Source: Candidatus Eiseniibacteriota bacterium (GTDB lineage Bacteria > Eisenbacteria > RBG-16-71-46 > CAVPCR01). From it: a DNA stretch of 64,000 bases. Within the stretch, counting starts at the first letter, position 1. Every line of letters starts with the position of its first letter. A model generated the notes under the pieces. It saw only the letters and a program-made list of their open reading frames with translations, ran no database searches and was not told the origin of the DNA. The stretch lies in the NCBI GenBank assembly GCA_963823555.1, contig CAWGMA010000001.1, forward strand, positions 1,472,001 through 1,536,000. The letters are read 5' to 3'. This document shows, piece after piece, positions 18,698 through 28,519 of this stretch. The translations under genes and the position numbers were made by a program.

Positions 18698-19789
18698 TCA
18701 GAAGCTATACGAACCGCCGATGCGATGGGACGAGTCGAAGGCAGGATGATCCCCGACGAAGGCGTAGTCGACGCCGAAGCCGCGGTAACGGAAGCCGGCG
18801 CCGGCGGTGATGGCGTCGGTGGTCGCACCGAACCTCAAGGCGAGTGCCCGTGCGTACCAGTATTCGAGGCCACCATGAAAGTCGGCGCCGAGAACCGTTT
18901 CCCCGAAGGAGACTCCGCTCGCCGTCTTGCGGTTGTCGAAGGTCATGTCCATGTCCCCGGCGGCGGTGACGACGCCGCGCAGAACGGGGACCTCGCGGGT
19001 GTACTGGGCGCCGATGGTGACCGAAGGGGCGATGGTCTCGCGCCGCCCGGAGTCCCAGGCCAGAAGCGTGGTGGTGACGTCGGAGACCCGGAGCCCGGCG
19101 GAGAAGGTCGTCGTGGGAAAGTACATGAGGCCGAGGTCGGCGCCGATGCCGAAGCTCGAGTTGCCCGGAAGCGACTGCCGGATGATCTTCGCCGTCCCAG
19201 CCAGCGAGAAGGCCGATCCCAGACCGCGCGCATACGAGATCAGGAACGCCATCTCGGACTCGGAATCGTAGCGGACGGGGATGTTCTCGATGAAGAGGCG
19301 CTCGGATCCAGCCGGGTCATCGGGATCGAAATCCCAGCGTCCGTTGCCGTTGGTGTCCTCGAACTCGACTCCCGGGATGAGATCCTCCGGATCCTTGTCC
19401 CGGATGGCGATATCGTCGACGGCGCTGCGCAGGAAGCCAAACGCTACGGCTTGCGGTTTACCGCCTCCCGTATCGGACAGGGGCTGGCGGAAGGCGATGA
19501 AGTCGTGGTTCACGAGCTGCCCGAATTGCTCGGCGTGCTCGGCCCATACCTGGCGCTGGCTCCCGAAGATGAGCCCGGCCGGGTTCCAGTAGACCGCGGT
19601 GGCGTCATCGGCCATGGCCACGAAAGCGCTCCCCATACCCAGGGCGCGGGCCCCGACCGGCAGTTTCAGGAACTCCCCGGCGTACTTGTCAATCGCCGCC
19701 GCGGGCTGGCTCGACCCGGCGGTCACCACCAGGGCGACGACCAGGGCGCATCCGAGGCCCAGACCTTTCGAATGGAGCGGGCAAATCAC
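18698..19789 (-). CDS. PorV/UPF0164-family outer-membrane barrel (T9SS-associated family)
   Basis: KYAGEFLKLPVGARALGMG.AF.A.ADDATAVYWNPAGL signature; C-terminal SHRIGGSYSF; GTG 19789 with GGAGG RBS. Confidence 0.82.
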   Translation of the reverse strand: MICPLHSKGLGLGCALVVALVVTAGSSQPAAAIDKYAGEFLKLPVGARALGMGSAFVAMADDATAVYWNPAGLIFGSQRQVWAEHAEQFGQLVNHDFIAFRQPLSDTGGGKPQAVAFGFLRSAVDDIAIRDKDPEDLIPGVEFEDTNGNGRWDFDPDDPAGSERLFIENIPVRYDSESEMAFLISYARGLGSAFSLAGTAKIIRQSLPGNSSFGIGADLGLMYFPTTTFSAGLRVSDVTTTLLAWDSGRRETIAPSVTIGAQYTREVPVLRGVVTAAGDMDMTFDNRKTASGVSFGETVLGADFHGGLEYWYARALALRFGATTDAITAGAGFRYRGFGVDYAFVGDHPAFDSSHRIGGSYSF

Positions 19790-19950
19790 GACTTGGTCCT
19801 CCAGGAGGAGCCGCTCTGTGGCGGGCGCGGTCATGGGCGATCGCGTCGCCATGGGCAAGCCCTGGCCGGGCTCTCCCATGGCGCCTTGAGGGATAACACA
19901 GCATACCTGGGACGTTGGTTCCGGTGAAGCCCTGAAGCGAGCCCCCTCCG

Positions 19951-20415
19951 CTAGCCCCTCTCAGCACTCTCGATCAGGGACCGTTCCAGCCGCCAGTGGA
20001 CATAGGCCTCGATCCGGTTGTGGTCCGCCGGACTCAGATGGAGAAAGGCGATGCCGACCGCGTAGCGCTCTGCCGCGGCCGCTCCTTGCTTGCCTCCTCC
20101 CGCGATGGGATCGCAGCGCACGACGATGCCCTCGGCCCGGATCTCGCTGCCCTTCGCTCCCCCGTGAGCTACATCCTCCCTCGCCGCGCCGCCCTTCCGG
20201 GCGCCCTTCTCCTCGTTCAGGGCGAAGGGAGGAACAACGAGGGTCAGCTCGACCTTGGTCAAGGGGGTGAAGTAGCGCGGCGTGATGGCATAGATCCCGC
20301 CAGCCGACAGGTTGAGCGCCTCGGCTTCCACCTCGGGTGTGCCGAGACCGACGACCTGCAGATCGAGCTTGGTCGCCACTCGGCGGGACTTCCGTCGCTC
20401 CTTGGGATGGCTCAT
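19951..20415 (-). CDS. Single-domain PilZ protein
   Basis: ERRKSRR (RxxxR) and NLSAGG (NxSxxG); coupled to the rnr stop. Confidence 0.85.
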   Translation of the reverse strand: MSHPKERRKSRRVATKLDLQVVGLGTPEVEAEALNLSAGGIYAITPRYFTPLTKVELTLVVPPFALNEEKGARKGGAAREDVAHGGAKGSEIRAEGIVVRCDPIAGGGKQGAAAAERYAVGIAFLHLSPADHNRIEAYVHWRLERSLIESAERG

Positions 20416-22529
20416 GGACTGGACTCCCCGGGCAGCGCCTTGAGCGCACCGCCCACGATGGTGAGGTCGAGCTCCCGGTGCAGCACCGAGAGCCGCTCGA
20501 TTCGCACGCGCACCCGCTGCCCGAGGGCAAAGCGGGTCCCCGTGCGCCGGCCGGTCAGGGAATGTCCCCGGGATCCCAGATCATAGCGGTCGAAAGGCAA
20601 TCGCTCCCGGGCGACGAAGCCATCGACCGGCACTTCATCGAGGGTGACGAACAATCCCGTTGGAAGCGCGGCCGTCACCATACCGTTCAACTCCTCCCCC
20701 AGACGGGGAATGAGCAAGCGCAGGGCCTTGATCCGAACCACGAGACGCTCCGCGTCCGCGGCGGCGACCTCGGCGGCCGAGGTGGCGCGGGCCAGCTCCT
20801 CCAATCCAGGACGGTAGCGGTCGCGCACCGTCTGAAGCAAGCCCTCCGCATCGGCTCGCCGCCGGGCCCGGGGACCGCCGTCCCCGAGGGCGTCCATGGC
20901 CGCGATCAGGACGCGATGGGTGTGAAGATCGGGGTAGCGACGAATCGGCGATGTGAAGTGCGTGTAGGCCGAAACCCCCAGCCCGAAGTGCCCAGCGTCC
21001 TCATCCGAGTAGCGTGCCTTCTCGAGGGAACGCAGGAGATAGCTCGATACCAGCTCGCCCACCCCGCGCTCCTCCGCCTCGGTGATCACGTGGTGGAGAT
21101 GAACCGGATCCGCGAGGTTCAAGCCCGAGCGCACGATCCCGAGCTCATCGAGGACGAGCCCGAACTCCATGAGGCGCTCGATGCGTGGTCGCTCGTGGAT
21201 GCGGTAGAGAATAGGTAGACGTGCCGCCAGGCCCCAGCTGCCGACGACCTCGTTCGCGAGGAGCATGAACTCCTCCACCAGACGATGCGCAGCTCCCTGC
21301 TGGCGCGGGGTGAGATCCAGAGGATGCCCGAGCTCGTCCATCTTGACGCGGTATTCGGGCACGTCGAGATAGAGCCCCCCGCGCGACTCCCGGCGTGCTC
21401 TCAGGATCGCGGAGATCGCTCCCAGACGTCTGAGCGCCGTGACCCAGGTCTCATCCGGCTCCGGCGGCCCCTCCCCATCGAGGATCCCCTCGGCCTCACC
21501 GTAGGTGAGACGCCGGCGGCTCCGGATGAGCGATCGATCGATCCGCCAGGCCTGGATCTCGCCTTCTGGATCGAGAGCGGCACGGATCGAAACCGCATAT
21601 CGATCGACGTCGGGCTTGAGGCTGGCGGCATGACTCGACAGCGGGTCCGGAAGCATCGGCAGAACGAGCCCGGGCATGTACACGCTCGTGCCCCTCGCCA
21701 AGGCATCGAGGTCCACGGCATCATCGGACTCCACGTACCAGGCAACATCCGCGATGTGCACGCCGACCTCGTCCATGCCATCGGGAAGTCGCCGCCAGGA
21801 GATGGCATCGTCGAAATCGGCGGCCTCCTCGGGATCGATGGTGACTAGATCGAGCGAACGCAGGTCGGTGCGCCCGGTGTCGAGGATGGCCTCGCGGGCA
21901 CGAGCAGCGGCGAGCTCCTCCGCTTCGCGCGAGAAGATCAGGGAGAGCCCGATCTCGTGGGCGATGTCGCGGGCGTCTTCGGATGGATCGCTGAGGTCAC
22001 CCAGGCGCTCGAGGAAGCGGTAGCGGACAGGGCCCGGGCGGCGCCCCCCCTCGAGCTCGACGACGATGCGATCGCCGCTCCGGAGGTCGGGGTGCACTCC
22101 GGCGACGGGACCATCGTCGTAGCGGCGGATGATCGGCTCGAGTTCGATCCGCTCACCCCGGCGATGCACGATGCCGGCGAGCCGCCGGGGTTCACGCGCC
22201 AGGACCTCCACGACATGAGCTTGCTCGCGTTCCCGGCCGCGGAAACGACCACGTCGGATGAGGCGGTACGCGACCAGGTCGCCATGGACCGCGGCGCCCC
22301 GGTCTCCAGCCCGAACCAGGATGTCGCCCCCACCGTCCTCGGGCGTGATGAACCCCACTCCGCTCCGGCTGACTGCGATCGTCCCGGTCAGGGCGGAGCG
22401 GCCCCGCCGGCGGGTCCGGGTGGCGTTGGCCCGACGCGAGCCGCGGCGCGGTCCTTCACGGCGCAAGGGGGACTCCAGAAAGCTCCTGGGGGCGGGCGCC
22501 GTGGCGGAGGGTGCCAGCACGAAGCACAC
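20412..22529 (-). CDS. rnr: Ribonuclease R (RNB family)
   Basis: Cold-shock domain (GVGFI), TIDPEEAADFDDA, HIADV, EEFMLLAN, HFGL..YTHFTSPIRRYPDL, C-terminal S1. Start uncertain. Confidence 0.93.
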   Translation of the reverse strand: MCFVLAPSATAPAPRSFLESPLRREGPRRGSRRANATRTRRRGRSALTGTIAVSRSGVGFITPEDGGGDILVRAGDRGAAVHGDLVAYRLIRRGRFRGREREQAHVVEVLAREPRRLAGIVHRRGERIELEPIIRRYDDGPVAGVHPDLRSGDRIVVELEGGRRPGPVRYRFLERLGDLSDPSEDARDIAHEIGLSLIFSREAEELAAARAREAILDTGRTDLRSLDLVTIDPEEAADFDDAISWRRLPDGMDEVGVHIADVAWYVESDDAVDLDALARGTSVYMPGLVLPMLPDPLSSHAASLKPDVDRYAVSIRAALDPEGEIQAWRIDRSLIRSRRRLTYGEAEGILDGEGPPEPDETWVTALRRLGAISAILRARRESRGGLYLDVPEYRVKMDELGHPLDLTPRQQGAAHRLVEEFMLLANEVVGSWGLAARLPILYRIHERPRIERLMEFGLVLDELGIVRSGLNLADPVHLHHVITEAEERGVGELVSSYLLRSLEKARYSDEDAGHFGLGVSAYTHFTSPIRRYPDLHTHRVLIAAMDALGDGGPRARRRADAEGLLQTVRDRYRPGLEELARATSAAEVAAADAERLVVRIKALRLLIPRLGEELNGMVTAALPTGLFVTLDEVPVDGFVARERLPFDRYDLGSRGHSLTGRRTGTRFALGQRVRVRIERLSVLHRELDLTIVGGALKALPGESSP

Positions 22530-22531
22530 AC

Positions 22532-22558
22532 AAAAAAGCGGGGATCGGGACCCCGCTT
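22532..22558 (-). terminator. Intrinsic terminator after HU-bS22
   Basis: AAGCGGGG-loop-CCCCGC followed by TTTTTT on the minus strand. Confidence 0.75.
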
Positions 22559-22660
22559 CTCCATTCTCTCCGAAGGCGGCAGCGACTTCCGCAGCCGCCC
22601 TCTCGGATCGGGCTCGAACGTGCCGCGCGGCGATCGTCGCCGCGCGGCGGCGGCACTTTC

Positions 22661-22756
22661 CTAGCGGACCCGCTTCTTGTGCCGGTTCGCACGCTGCCGC
22701 TTCTTGCGCTTGTGCGTGGCGATCTTCTTCCGCTTGCGCTTCTTACCACTTCCCAT
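22661..22756 (-). CDS. 30S ribosomal protein bS22-like (AURKAIP1/COX24 family), 31 aa
   Basis: Manual translation MGSGKKRKRKKIATHKRKKRQRANRHKKRVR*; AGGA RBS upstream; below the ORF-track length cutoff. Confidence 0.85.
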   Translation of the reverse strand: MGSGKKRKRKKIATHKRKKRQRANRHKKRVR

Positions 22757-22812
22757 GCGTTTTCCTGCTCCCTGATGGCTCCCGCGAGCCGCAGGGGCCG
22801 CGAGGAAGCGAT

Positions 22813-23163
22813 CTACTGTTGCCCGCCGTCGGCGCTCGGGCGGGCCTCCGGACCGGAATCGCCAGCCCAGCGGTCAGGCAATTCCACCTCTCCCCGCACC
22901 ATGGCCTTGAGCTGGTTGGATGGCTTGAACACCGGCACCAGCTTCGCGGGGACATTCACCTCGTCACCGGTGCGCGGGTTGCGCGCGCGGCGCGAGCGCC
23001 GGGCGCGCACCTTGAAGGTGCCGAAGCCCCGGATCTCGATGTGGTTGCCCTCACTCAACGCCTGCGCGATCGCGTTCAAGATCTCGTCGACGATGCGCGC
23101 GTTCTCGCTCTTGGACAAACGACTGCGCTTGCAGATGTCCTCGACAAGGTCGGCTTTCGTCAT
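22813..23163 (-). CDS. HU/IHF-family DNA-binding protein
   Basis: MTKADLV, IEIRGFGTF, ARNPRTG, PVFKPS; GGAGG RBS. Confidence 0.95.
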   Translation of the reverse strand: MTKADLVEDICKRSRLSKSENARIVDEILNAIAQALSEGNHIEIRGFGTFKVRARRSRRARNPRTGDEVNVPAKLVPVFKPSNQLKAMVRGEVELPDRWAGDSGPEARPSADGGQQ

Positions 23164-23305
23164 GGCCTTCCTCCGGAACCACTGGTTCTCGCTCGCCGCA
23201 GCGTAGACGAAGGTGCCGGACGGATCCCAGGGCGAGAGACGGTCACCGAGCCGCAACCGACCTGGCCGGCTCGACGCCGACTCGTCATGCGCGAACTCGG
23301 GGGGC

Positions 23306-23334
23306 AAACTACACCGGCCAAGATGTGATGTCAA
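23306..23334 (-). promoter_or_regulatory. Sigma70 promoter for HU/IHF-bS22
   Basis: TTGACA-N17-TAGTTT on the minus strand. Confidence 0.65.
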
Positions 23335-23410
23335 CAGGACTTTCGGGATTTTTCCGGCCGCGAGCCGCTCTCATCGGCCAGGCCGAGGGCTGGCGCCCGA
23401 GCCCCAGCGC

Positions 23411-24295
23411 CTAGCGGTATTCGAGCCGTGCCCAGCCTCTGGGCAGGGTCAGCGCTCCGGCGACGCGCTCCTCGAACCAGCGCTGCCAGGCTGGGATGTG
23501 CTTGCGCTCGCGCACCGTCTCGGGCTCGCCCTCGATTCCAGCCATCCGCCCCGCCACGCGCACCGCCTCGTCCAGGTCGGCAAGGCGGTCGACCAGGCCG
23601 CTCTGGTAGGCCTGACGCCCGGAGAACAGACGACCATCGGCGAGCGCACGCACCGAATCCGCAGGCAAGGGACGGGAGGCGACGATGGCGTCGATGAACT
23701 GCTCGTGGACGTCACCGAGGACTCCGGTCAACCATTCCCGCTCCTCCGGTGTCAGTGGTCGGAACGGAGAGCCGGCATCCTTGGCCGAGCCGGCCTTGAT
23801 GACCTGATAGTCGACTCCGATCTTCTTCAAGAAGGCCGAGAGGTCCGGGAAGCTCATGATGACGCCGATGGAACCCGTGAGCGTGCCGGGCAAGGCGAAG
23901 ATCGAGTCGGCGGCGGTCGCTACGTAGTAACCGCCGGAAGCGGCGACATCGTCGAGCGCTGCGATGATGGGGATGCCATCGGCCTTGAACGCCTCGAGCC
24001 GGCTGATGATGCGTTGCGTCCGCCCAACCGCGCCACCGGGAGAGTTGACATGAAGGACCAGCGCCTTGACCGAGGTGTCCTCGCGCAGGCTCTCGAGCTG
24101 GTCGAGTACATCCTCATCGTCTCCGAGAACACCGAAGACCTCGACCACGCCGACCTTGGGGCCAGGGCTGGGCAGCTTGAACTCCCCACCTGCCAGCTGC
24201 ATGGAGGCGAACAAGATGAAGCCTCCGCCGATCACGAGCAGAAGCAGAATGAAGAGACTGCACCCGATCAACCAACCGCGGGGCTCTGAGGCCAT
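23411..24295 (-). CDS. sppA: Signal peptide peptidase SppA (S49, 36K type)
   Basis: N-terminal TM; NSPGG, AASGGYY, TGSIGV, ADGRLFSGRQA. Confidence 0.93.
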   Translation of the reverse strand: MASEPRGWLIGCSLFILLLLVIGGGFILFASMQLAGGEFKLPSPGPKVGVVEVFGVLGDDEDVLDQLESLREDTSVKALVLHVNSPGGAVGRTQRIISRLEAFKADGIPIIAALDDVAASGGYYVATAADSIFALPGTLTGSIGVIMSFPDLSAFLKKIGVDYQVIKAGSAKDAGSPFRPLTPEEREWLTGVLGDVHEQFIDAIVASRPLPADSVRALADGRLFSGRQAYQSGLVDRLADLDEAVRVAGRMAGIEGEPETVRERKHIPAWQRWFEERVAGALTLPRGWARLEYR

Positions 24296-24335
24296 CCTGG
24301 CTCTCCTTTGGACTCCAACCACACCTTGCGACGGC

Positions 24336-24365
24336 ACGCTATCAAGCGATGGAGGAAGGTGTCAA
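24336..24365 (-). promoter_or_regulatory. Putative sigma70 promoter for sppA
   Basis: TTGACA-N18-TAGCGT on the minus strand. Confidence 0.5.
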
Positions 24366-24402
24366 TGCGGGGCGAAGGTGGGATAGTCAGGGGGTGGAGG
24401 GG

Positions 24403-24614
24403 AAAAGAAGAGGTTCCCCACCTCTGCCGTTCGTCGGGTCGTGAATCACTGCACCATCAAGAGACTGGGATCACAGCCCACGTCCCGCCGATTCGAACAG
24501 CGCAGGGAACCTAAGCTCTGGGGACCCTTGGCCGGCGTATCGACCGCCTGCTCGCAGGCGGTGAGGAGGTGGGAGGCTCGCCCCTCGCGAGCCTCCCGCG
24601 CCAGCATGGTCGAC
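24403..24614 (-). ncRNA. Candidate structured ncRNA: 5' three-way junction plus a ~100-nt 6S-like long hairpin
   Basis: Stems AGGTTCCC/GGGAACCT (24505-24512 with 24411-24418) and GCTGTTCG/CGAACGGC; two perfect hairpins at 24543-24562 and 24571-24597; G-U wobbles favour the minus strand; U-rich 3' tail; sigma54 motif upstream. Confidence 0.55.
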
Positions 24615-24625
24615 CTCGCATCAGG

Positions 24626-24640
24626 GCAATGCGCGTGCCA
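24626..24640 (-). promoter_or_regulatory. Sigma54 (-24/-12) promoter
   Basis: Exact TGGCAC-GCGCA-TTGC on the minus strand in an intergenic region. Confidence 0.7.
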
Positions 24641-24781
24641 CGGCCCATTGCCGCGCCCGGATTGACTGCTAGTTGATAGGGCAACAACGGGTTGACTCAG
24701 GGCACCCGAGGCGCGTCCGATCGTGTTCGGGTTGGCGCCAGGATGCTCGTGCGGGGAAAAGCCCCGGGTCGTGGGGAGATC

Positions 24782-25756
24782 TCACCCGCGGCGGACGCGG
24801 ATGCAGCTCACCAGATGCCCTGGCTTCTTGGCCTCGAGGAGGGGGGCGATCTCCTTGCAGTCCGGGATCACTTCGGGACAGCGCGGATGAAAGGCACACC
24901 CGGCGGGCGCCGCGCTGGGGTCCGGAGGTTCGCCCACCGTGTCGGCTACGCGGTTCGGGATCCCGGGTGCGAGTCGCGGGACTGCACTGAGCAACGCCTG
25001 TGTGTAGGGATGGAGGGCTCCGCTGAAGAGCACGCGCTTCGGTGCCAGTTCGACGATCTTGCCGAGATACATGACAGCGACGCGATCCGATACGTGCTCG
25101 ACCAGGCTCAGGTCATGGGCGATGAACAGGTACGCGAGTCCGCGTTGCTGGCGGAGATCGGCGAGCAGGTTCACGATCTGGGCTTGCACCGAGACATCGA
25201 GCGCCGACACGGGCTCATCGGCGATGATCATCTCGGGTTCCACCGCCATGGCACGGGCAATGCCGATGCGCTGGCGCTGCCCCCCTGAGAACTCGTGGGG
25301 GTAACGGTCGGCGTGATCGGGACGAAGGCCGACAAGCCTAAGGAGCTGGGCCACCCGGTCCCGCGCCGGTGGACCCGACGGGAACCCCTGCAGGGTCAAT
25401 GCCTCGCCGAGGATCATCCCGACCGAGAGGCGTGGGTTGAGGCTCGAATACGGATCCTGAAAGATGATCTGCATCCGGCGGCGGAGAGCCCTGAGCTCCT
25501 GCTTGCCGGCCTTGAGCACGTCCACCCCAGCGAAACGGACCTCACCCGAGCTGGGCTCGAGAAGCCGGAGAACGAGCCGAGCCACCGTCGATTTGCCGCA
25601 TCCCGATTCACCGACCAGTCCGAGGGTCTCACCCGGGGCGAGTTCGAACCCGATGCCGTCGACAGCGACCACGGATTCTCCGCGGCGACCGACGAGCCCG
25701 CGCCGGGCAGGGAACACTTTCCGGAGATCGCGCACCTCAAGGAGCGCCGCACTCAT
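24782..25756 (-). CDS. oppF: Oligopeptide/dipeptide ABC transporter ATPase (OppF/AppF)
   Basis: [38 protein letters not shown], Cys-rich C-terminal domain. Confidence 0.92.
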   Translation of the reverse strand: MSAALLEVRDLRKVFPARRGLVGRRGESVVAVDGIGFELAPGETLGLVGESGCGKSTVARLVLRLLEPSSGEVRFAGVDVLKAGKQELRALRRRMQIIFQDPYSSLNPRLSVGMILGEALTLQGFPSGPPARDRVAQLLRLVGLRPDHADRYPHEFSGGQRQRIGIARAMAVEPEMIIADEPVSALDVSVQAQIVNLLADLRQQRGLAYLFIAHDLSLVEHVSDRVAVMYLGKIVELAPKRVLFSGALHPYTQALLSAVPRLAPGIPNRVADTVGEPPDPSAAPAGCAFHPRCPEVIPDCKEIAPLLEAKKPGHLVSCIRVRRG

Positions 25757-26787
25757 GCGCCACCTCGCTCGGAACCGGCGGCCGGGGTCTCAGCGGGCGC
25801 CGGGAAGGCGATCGGTCCGCGGTGGAAGCAGGCGGCGAGATGCCCCACTCCAGCGCGCTCGAGCTCGGGCTCCTCGCTGCGGCAGCGTGGATCAGCGAGG
25901 GGACACCGGGGATGAAAGGCGCACCCGGGAGGGAAGGAAGATGGATCGGGCACAGCACCAGGTATGGCGGGCAAGCGATCGACGGCGGCCCCCAACCGCA
26001 ACAGCGAGCCCATGAGACCCTGCGTGTAGGGATGCTGCGGACGCGCGTAGAGCGTTGTCGCCGGCGCCACCTCGACGATCTTGCCGGCATACATGACCGC
26101 CACGCGATCGGCCACCGCCGCCACGACGCCGAGATCGTGCGTGATGAACAGCATGGCCATGCCCAGCTCGCGTCGCAGGCGCGCCAGGAGAGCGAGGATT
26201 TGCGCCTGGACCGTGACATCGAGCGCCGTTGTCGGTTCATCCGCGATGAGGAGGACCGGATCGGCGGCCAGCGCCATGGCGAGCATCACCCGCTGGCGCG
26301 TCCCGCCCGACAGCTCGTGCGGGAATCGATCCACGCGATCGGATGGAGCGGGTATGCCGACGCGATCGAAGAGCTCGATCGTCCGCGCCCGCGCCGCGCG
26401 GCGCCCGACGCCAAGGTGGAGGCGGATGGCCTCCTCGACCTGGGCGCCGGCTGCCATGACCGGATTCAAGGCGCTCATCGGTTCCTGGAAGACGATCCCG
26501 ATCCGGTTGCCGCGGATCTCTCTCATGGCGGTCTTGCTCTTGGCCAGGAGATCTTCTCCCTGGAAGAGGATCGGGCCACCCCTCACCTCCGCTGGCGGCT
26601 CCGGCAAGAGCCGGAGCAAGGCGAGGGCCGTGACGCTCTTGCCCGAGCCGGACTCACCCACGAGGCCGAGGGTCTCCCCCCTTTCGATCTGGAGAGAGAG
26701 ACCGCGCAGAGCGCCGACGACACCGCTCCGCAGATGGAAATCGACGTGCAGGTCTCTCAGCTCGAGCAATGGAGTCGATGTCGTCAT
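25753..26787 (-). CDS. oppD: Oligopeptide/dipeptide ABC transporter ATPase (OppD/AppD)
   Basis: [31 protein letters not shown]. Confidence 0.92.
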   Translation of the reverse strand: MTTSTPLLELRDLHVDFHLRSGVVGALRGLSLQIERGETLGLVGESGSGKSVTALALLRLLPEPPAEVRGGPILFQGEDLLAKSKTAMREIRGNRIGIVFQEPMSALNPVMAAGAQVEEAIRLHLGVGRRAARARTIELFDRVGIPAPSDRVDRFPHELSGGTRQRVMLAMALAADPVLLIADEPTTALDVTVQAQILALLARLRRELGMAMLFITHDLGVVAAVADRVAVMYAGKIVEVAPATTLYARPQHPYTQGLMGSLLRLGAAVDRLPAIPGAVPDPSSFPPGCAFHPRCPLADPRCRSEEPELERAGVGHLAACFHRGPIAFPAPAETPAAGSERGGA

Positions 26788-26959
26788 GGGGTCCGTGGGC
26801 TGCGCCTCGCGCCCAATCCTCGTCTGGCCCGATCAGGCATATCTTCCGACAGCATAACAGAGTGAATCCCCGGCACCGGGCCCGCGCGGCTGCCACGACC
26901 GTCGCAACGAACGGGGGTCTCGTCTCGTAGAGAATGCAGACCGACAGGAGGAGGCGATC

Positions 26960-28225
26960 ATGAAGCGCAGCCTGTTGTTGCCTTGGCTCCTGGTTCCGCT
27001 CCTGGCTGGTGTGCCCGAAGCTCTGGCCGGCTCCCCCGGAGCTCGTGACTCGGCCCAGGCCCGGACCGAGCTCCTGGCGAGTGAACTCCTGCCGCAGGTG
27101 GCTGGCCTCCTCGGCTTTGCCGACTATGGTCCGGTGCGAATCGAGGCCAAGGACAAGGCTGAGCTGCGGGCCATGGTGGTTCCTACTCTCCGCGAGTTCT
27201 ATGGTGCGGAGGGACTCGAGCGCCGGAGCCGGGTGGCTGGCATTCTCGGCTTGATCCCGCCCGATTACGACCTGGGCCGCGGGATGGGCGAGCTCCTGGT
27301 GGAGGTGATGGGGGGCGGCTACGATCCGTTGCGGCACACGTATTACACGCTCATCGACAAGCCGCCATCGCTCTTTGATCCTCAGGTCGAGAAGATGGTC
27401 GCCGCGCACGAGCTGACGCACGCCCTCGAGGATCAGGTCGATGACATCGCGGCTTCACTTCGCCGCGGCGCCACGGATTGGGACTACGGCTTCGTCTACG
27501 ACGCGGTGATCGAAGGCATCGCGTATCAGACCATGATGGCGGTCGTGGCGGGGGTGTCGCTGGCGGAAGCACCGGACGCGACCGACATGCTCACAAGAAC
27601 GCGCACTGCGATGGCCGCGAGCCCGGCCTTTCCCGTCTTTGCCCGGACGCCCCCGGCGATCATCGAGATGGTCTTCGGGCCGGCCATCCACGGCCTGGCC
27701 TTTTGCCGGGCCTACATCCAGGCCCACCCACAAACCTCTCCGCTCGATCTCCTCGCGAACCTTCCGGTCTCGAGCGAGCAGATCCTCCATGTCGATCGGT
27801 ATGCGACCGATGATCGGCCCGCGACCATCGACCTGTCGCCGCTCGACGACGCCGTGCCGGCCGGGTGGCGCCCCTATCTGGCGGGCTCCCTCGGGGAATT
27901 CGACCTGAGGTTGTGCCTGGAGGCACAGGCCGCGACCCGCGAGGGGGCGGCCGAGGCGGTCGCCGGCTGGGACGGGTGTCGCTTCGCCACCTACGAGACG
28001 GTGGCCGGGGAGCTCATACTCGTCGGTCTCTCGGCCTGGGATTCCCCCACGGATGCCGGGGAATTCACTCAGGCCCTCGCCGTGGCGCTCGCCGGACACG
28101 AGGATCCGCGGACTCTGGCCATCGAGCAGTCCGGATCGATCGTGCCGTTCGTGATCGGCGCCGTGGCCCCGGCCACCCAGCGGGCGCTTCTGGCTCGCCT
28201 GGCCACCATGGCGATCGAGAGGTAG
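26960..28225 (+). CDS. Secreted zincin-like metallopeptidase
   Basis: Signal peptide; AHELTHALEDQ (HExxH) with downstream IEG; PVSSEQILH; GWDGC; GGAGG RBS. Confidence 0.7.
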   Translation: MKRSLLLPWLLVPLLAGVPEALAGSPGARDSAQARTELLASELLPQVAGLLGFADYGPVRIEAKDKAELRAMVVPTLREFYGAEGLERRSRVAGILGLIPPDYDLGRGMGELLVEVMGGGYDPLRHTYYTLIDKPPSLFDPQVEKMVAAHELTHALEDQVDDIAASLRRGATDWDYGFVYDAVIEGIAYQTMMAVVAGVSLAEAPDATDMLTRTRTAMAASPAFPVFARTPPAIIEMVFGPAIHGLAFCRAYIQAHPQTSPLDLLANLPVSSEQILHVDRYATDDRPATIDLSPLDDAVPAGWRPYLAGSLGEFDLRLCLEAQAATREGAAEAVAGWDGCRFATYETVAGELILVGLSAWDSPTDAGEFTQALAVALAGHEDPRTLAIEQSGSIVPFVIGAVAPATQRALLARLATMAIER

Positions 28226-28519
28226 CTCGGAACGCGTTCCAGCCGCATCGGGACCGCCACAGCAGTGTGATTCCCCGGCCACACCCCTCCCCTGCCCGAG
28301 TTGAATCCGCCCTCATAACCCCTTGTCCCCCAACGGCCCGGCGAAATCCCTGGATCGGCATGCCGCATGCGCTGGGAGGTGGCCAGTGGTTCGCGGGCTC
28401 CCGCCCCCGGCTCGACCCTCCCGGGGAAGCCAAGGCGGCTTGGCGGTGCGAGTGGGGCCTTGCCACCGCGATTGCGGGTGCCCGCGGCCGCGCCAGCTCC
28501 ACACTGAAGGAGGTCGACC

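Noticed and set aside
28461..28475. TGCCAC-N5-TTGC upstream of the OM barrel gene as a sigma54 promoter
   Set aside because: Lacks the essential GG at -24.
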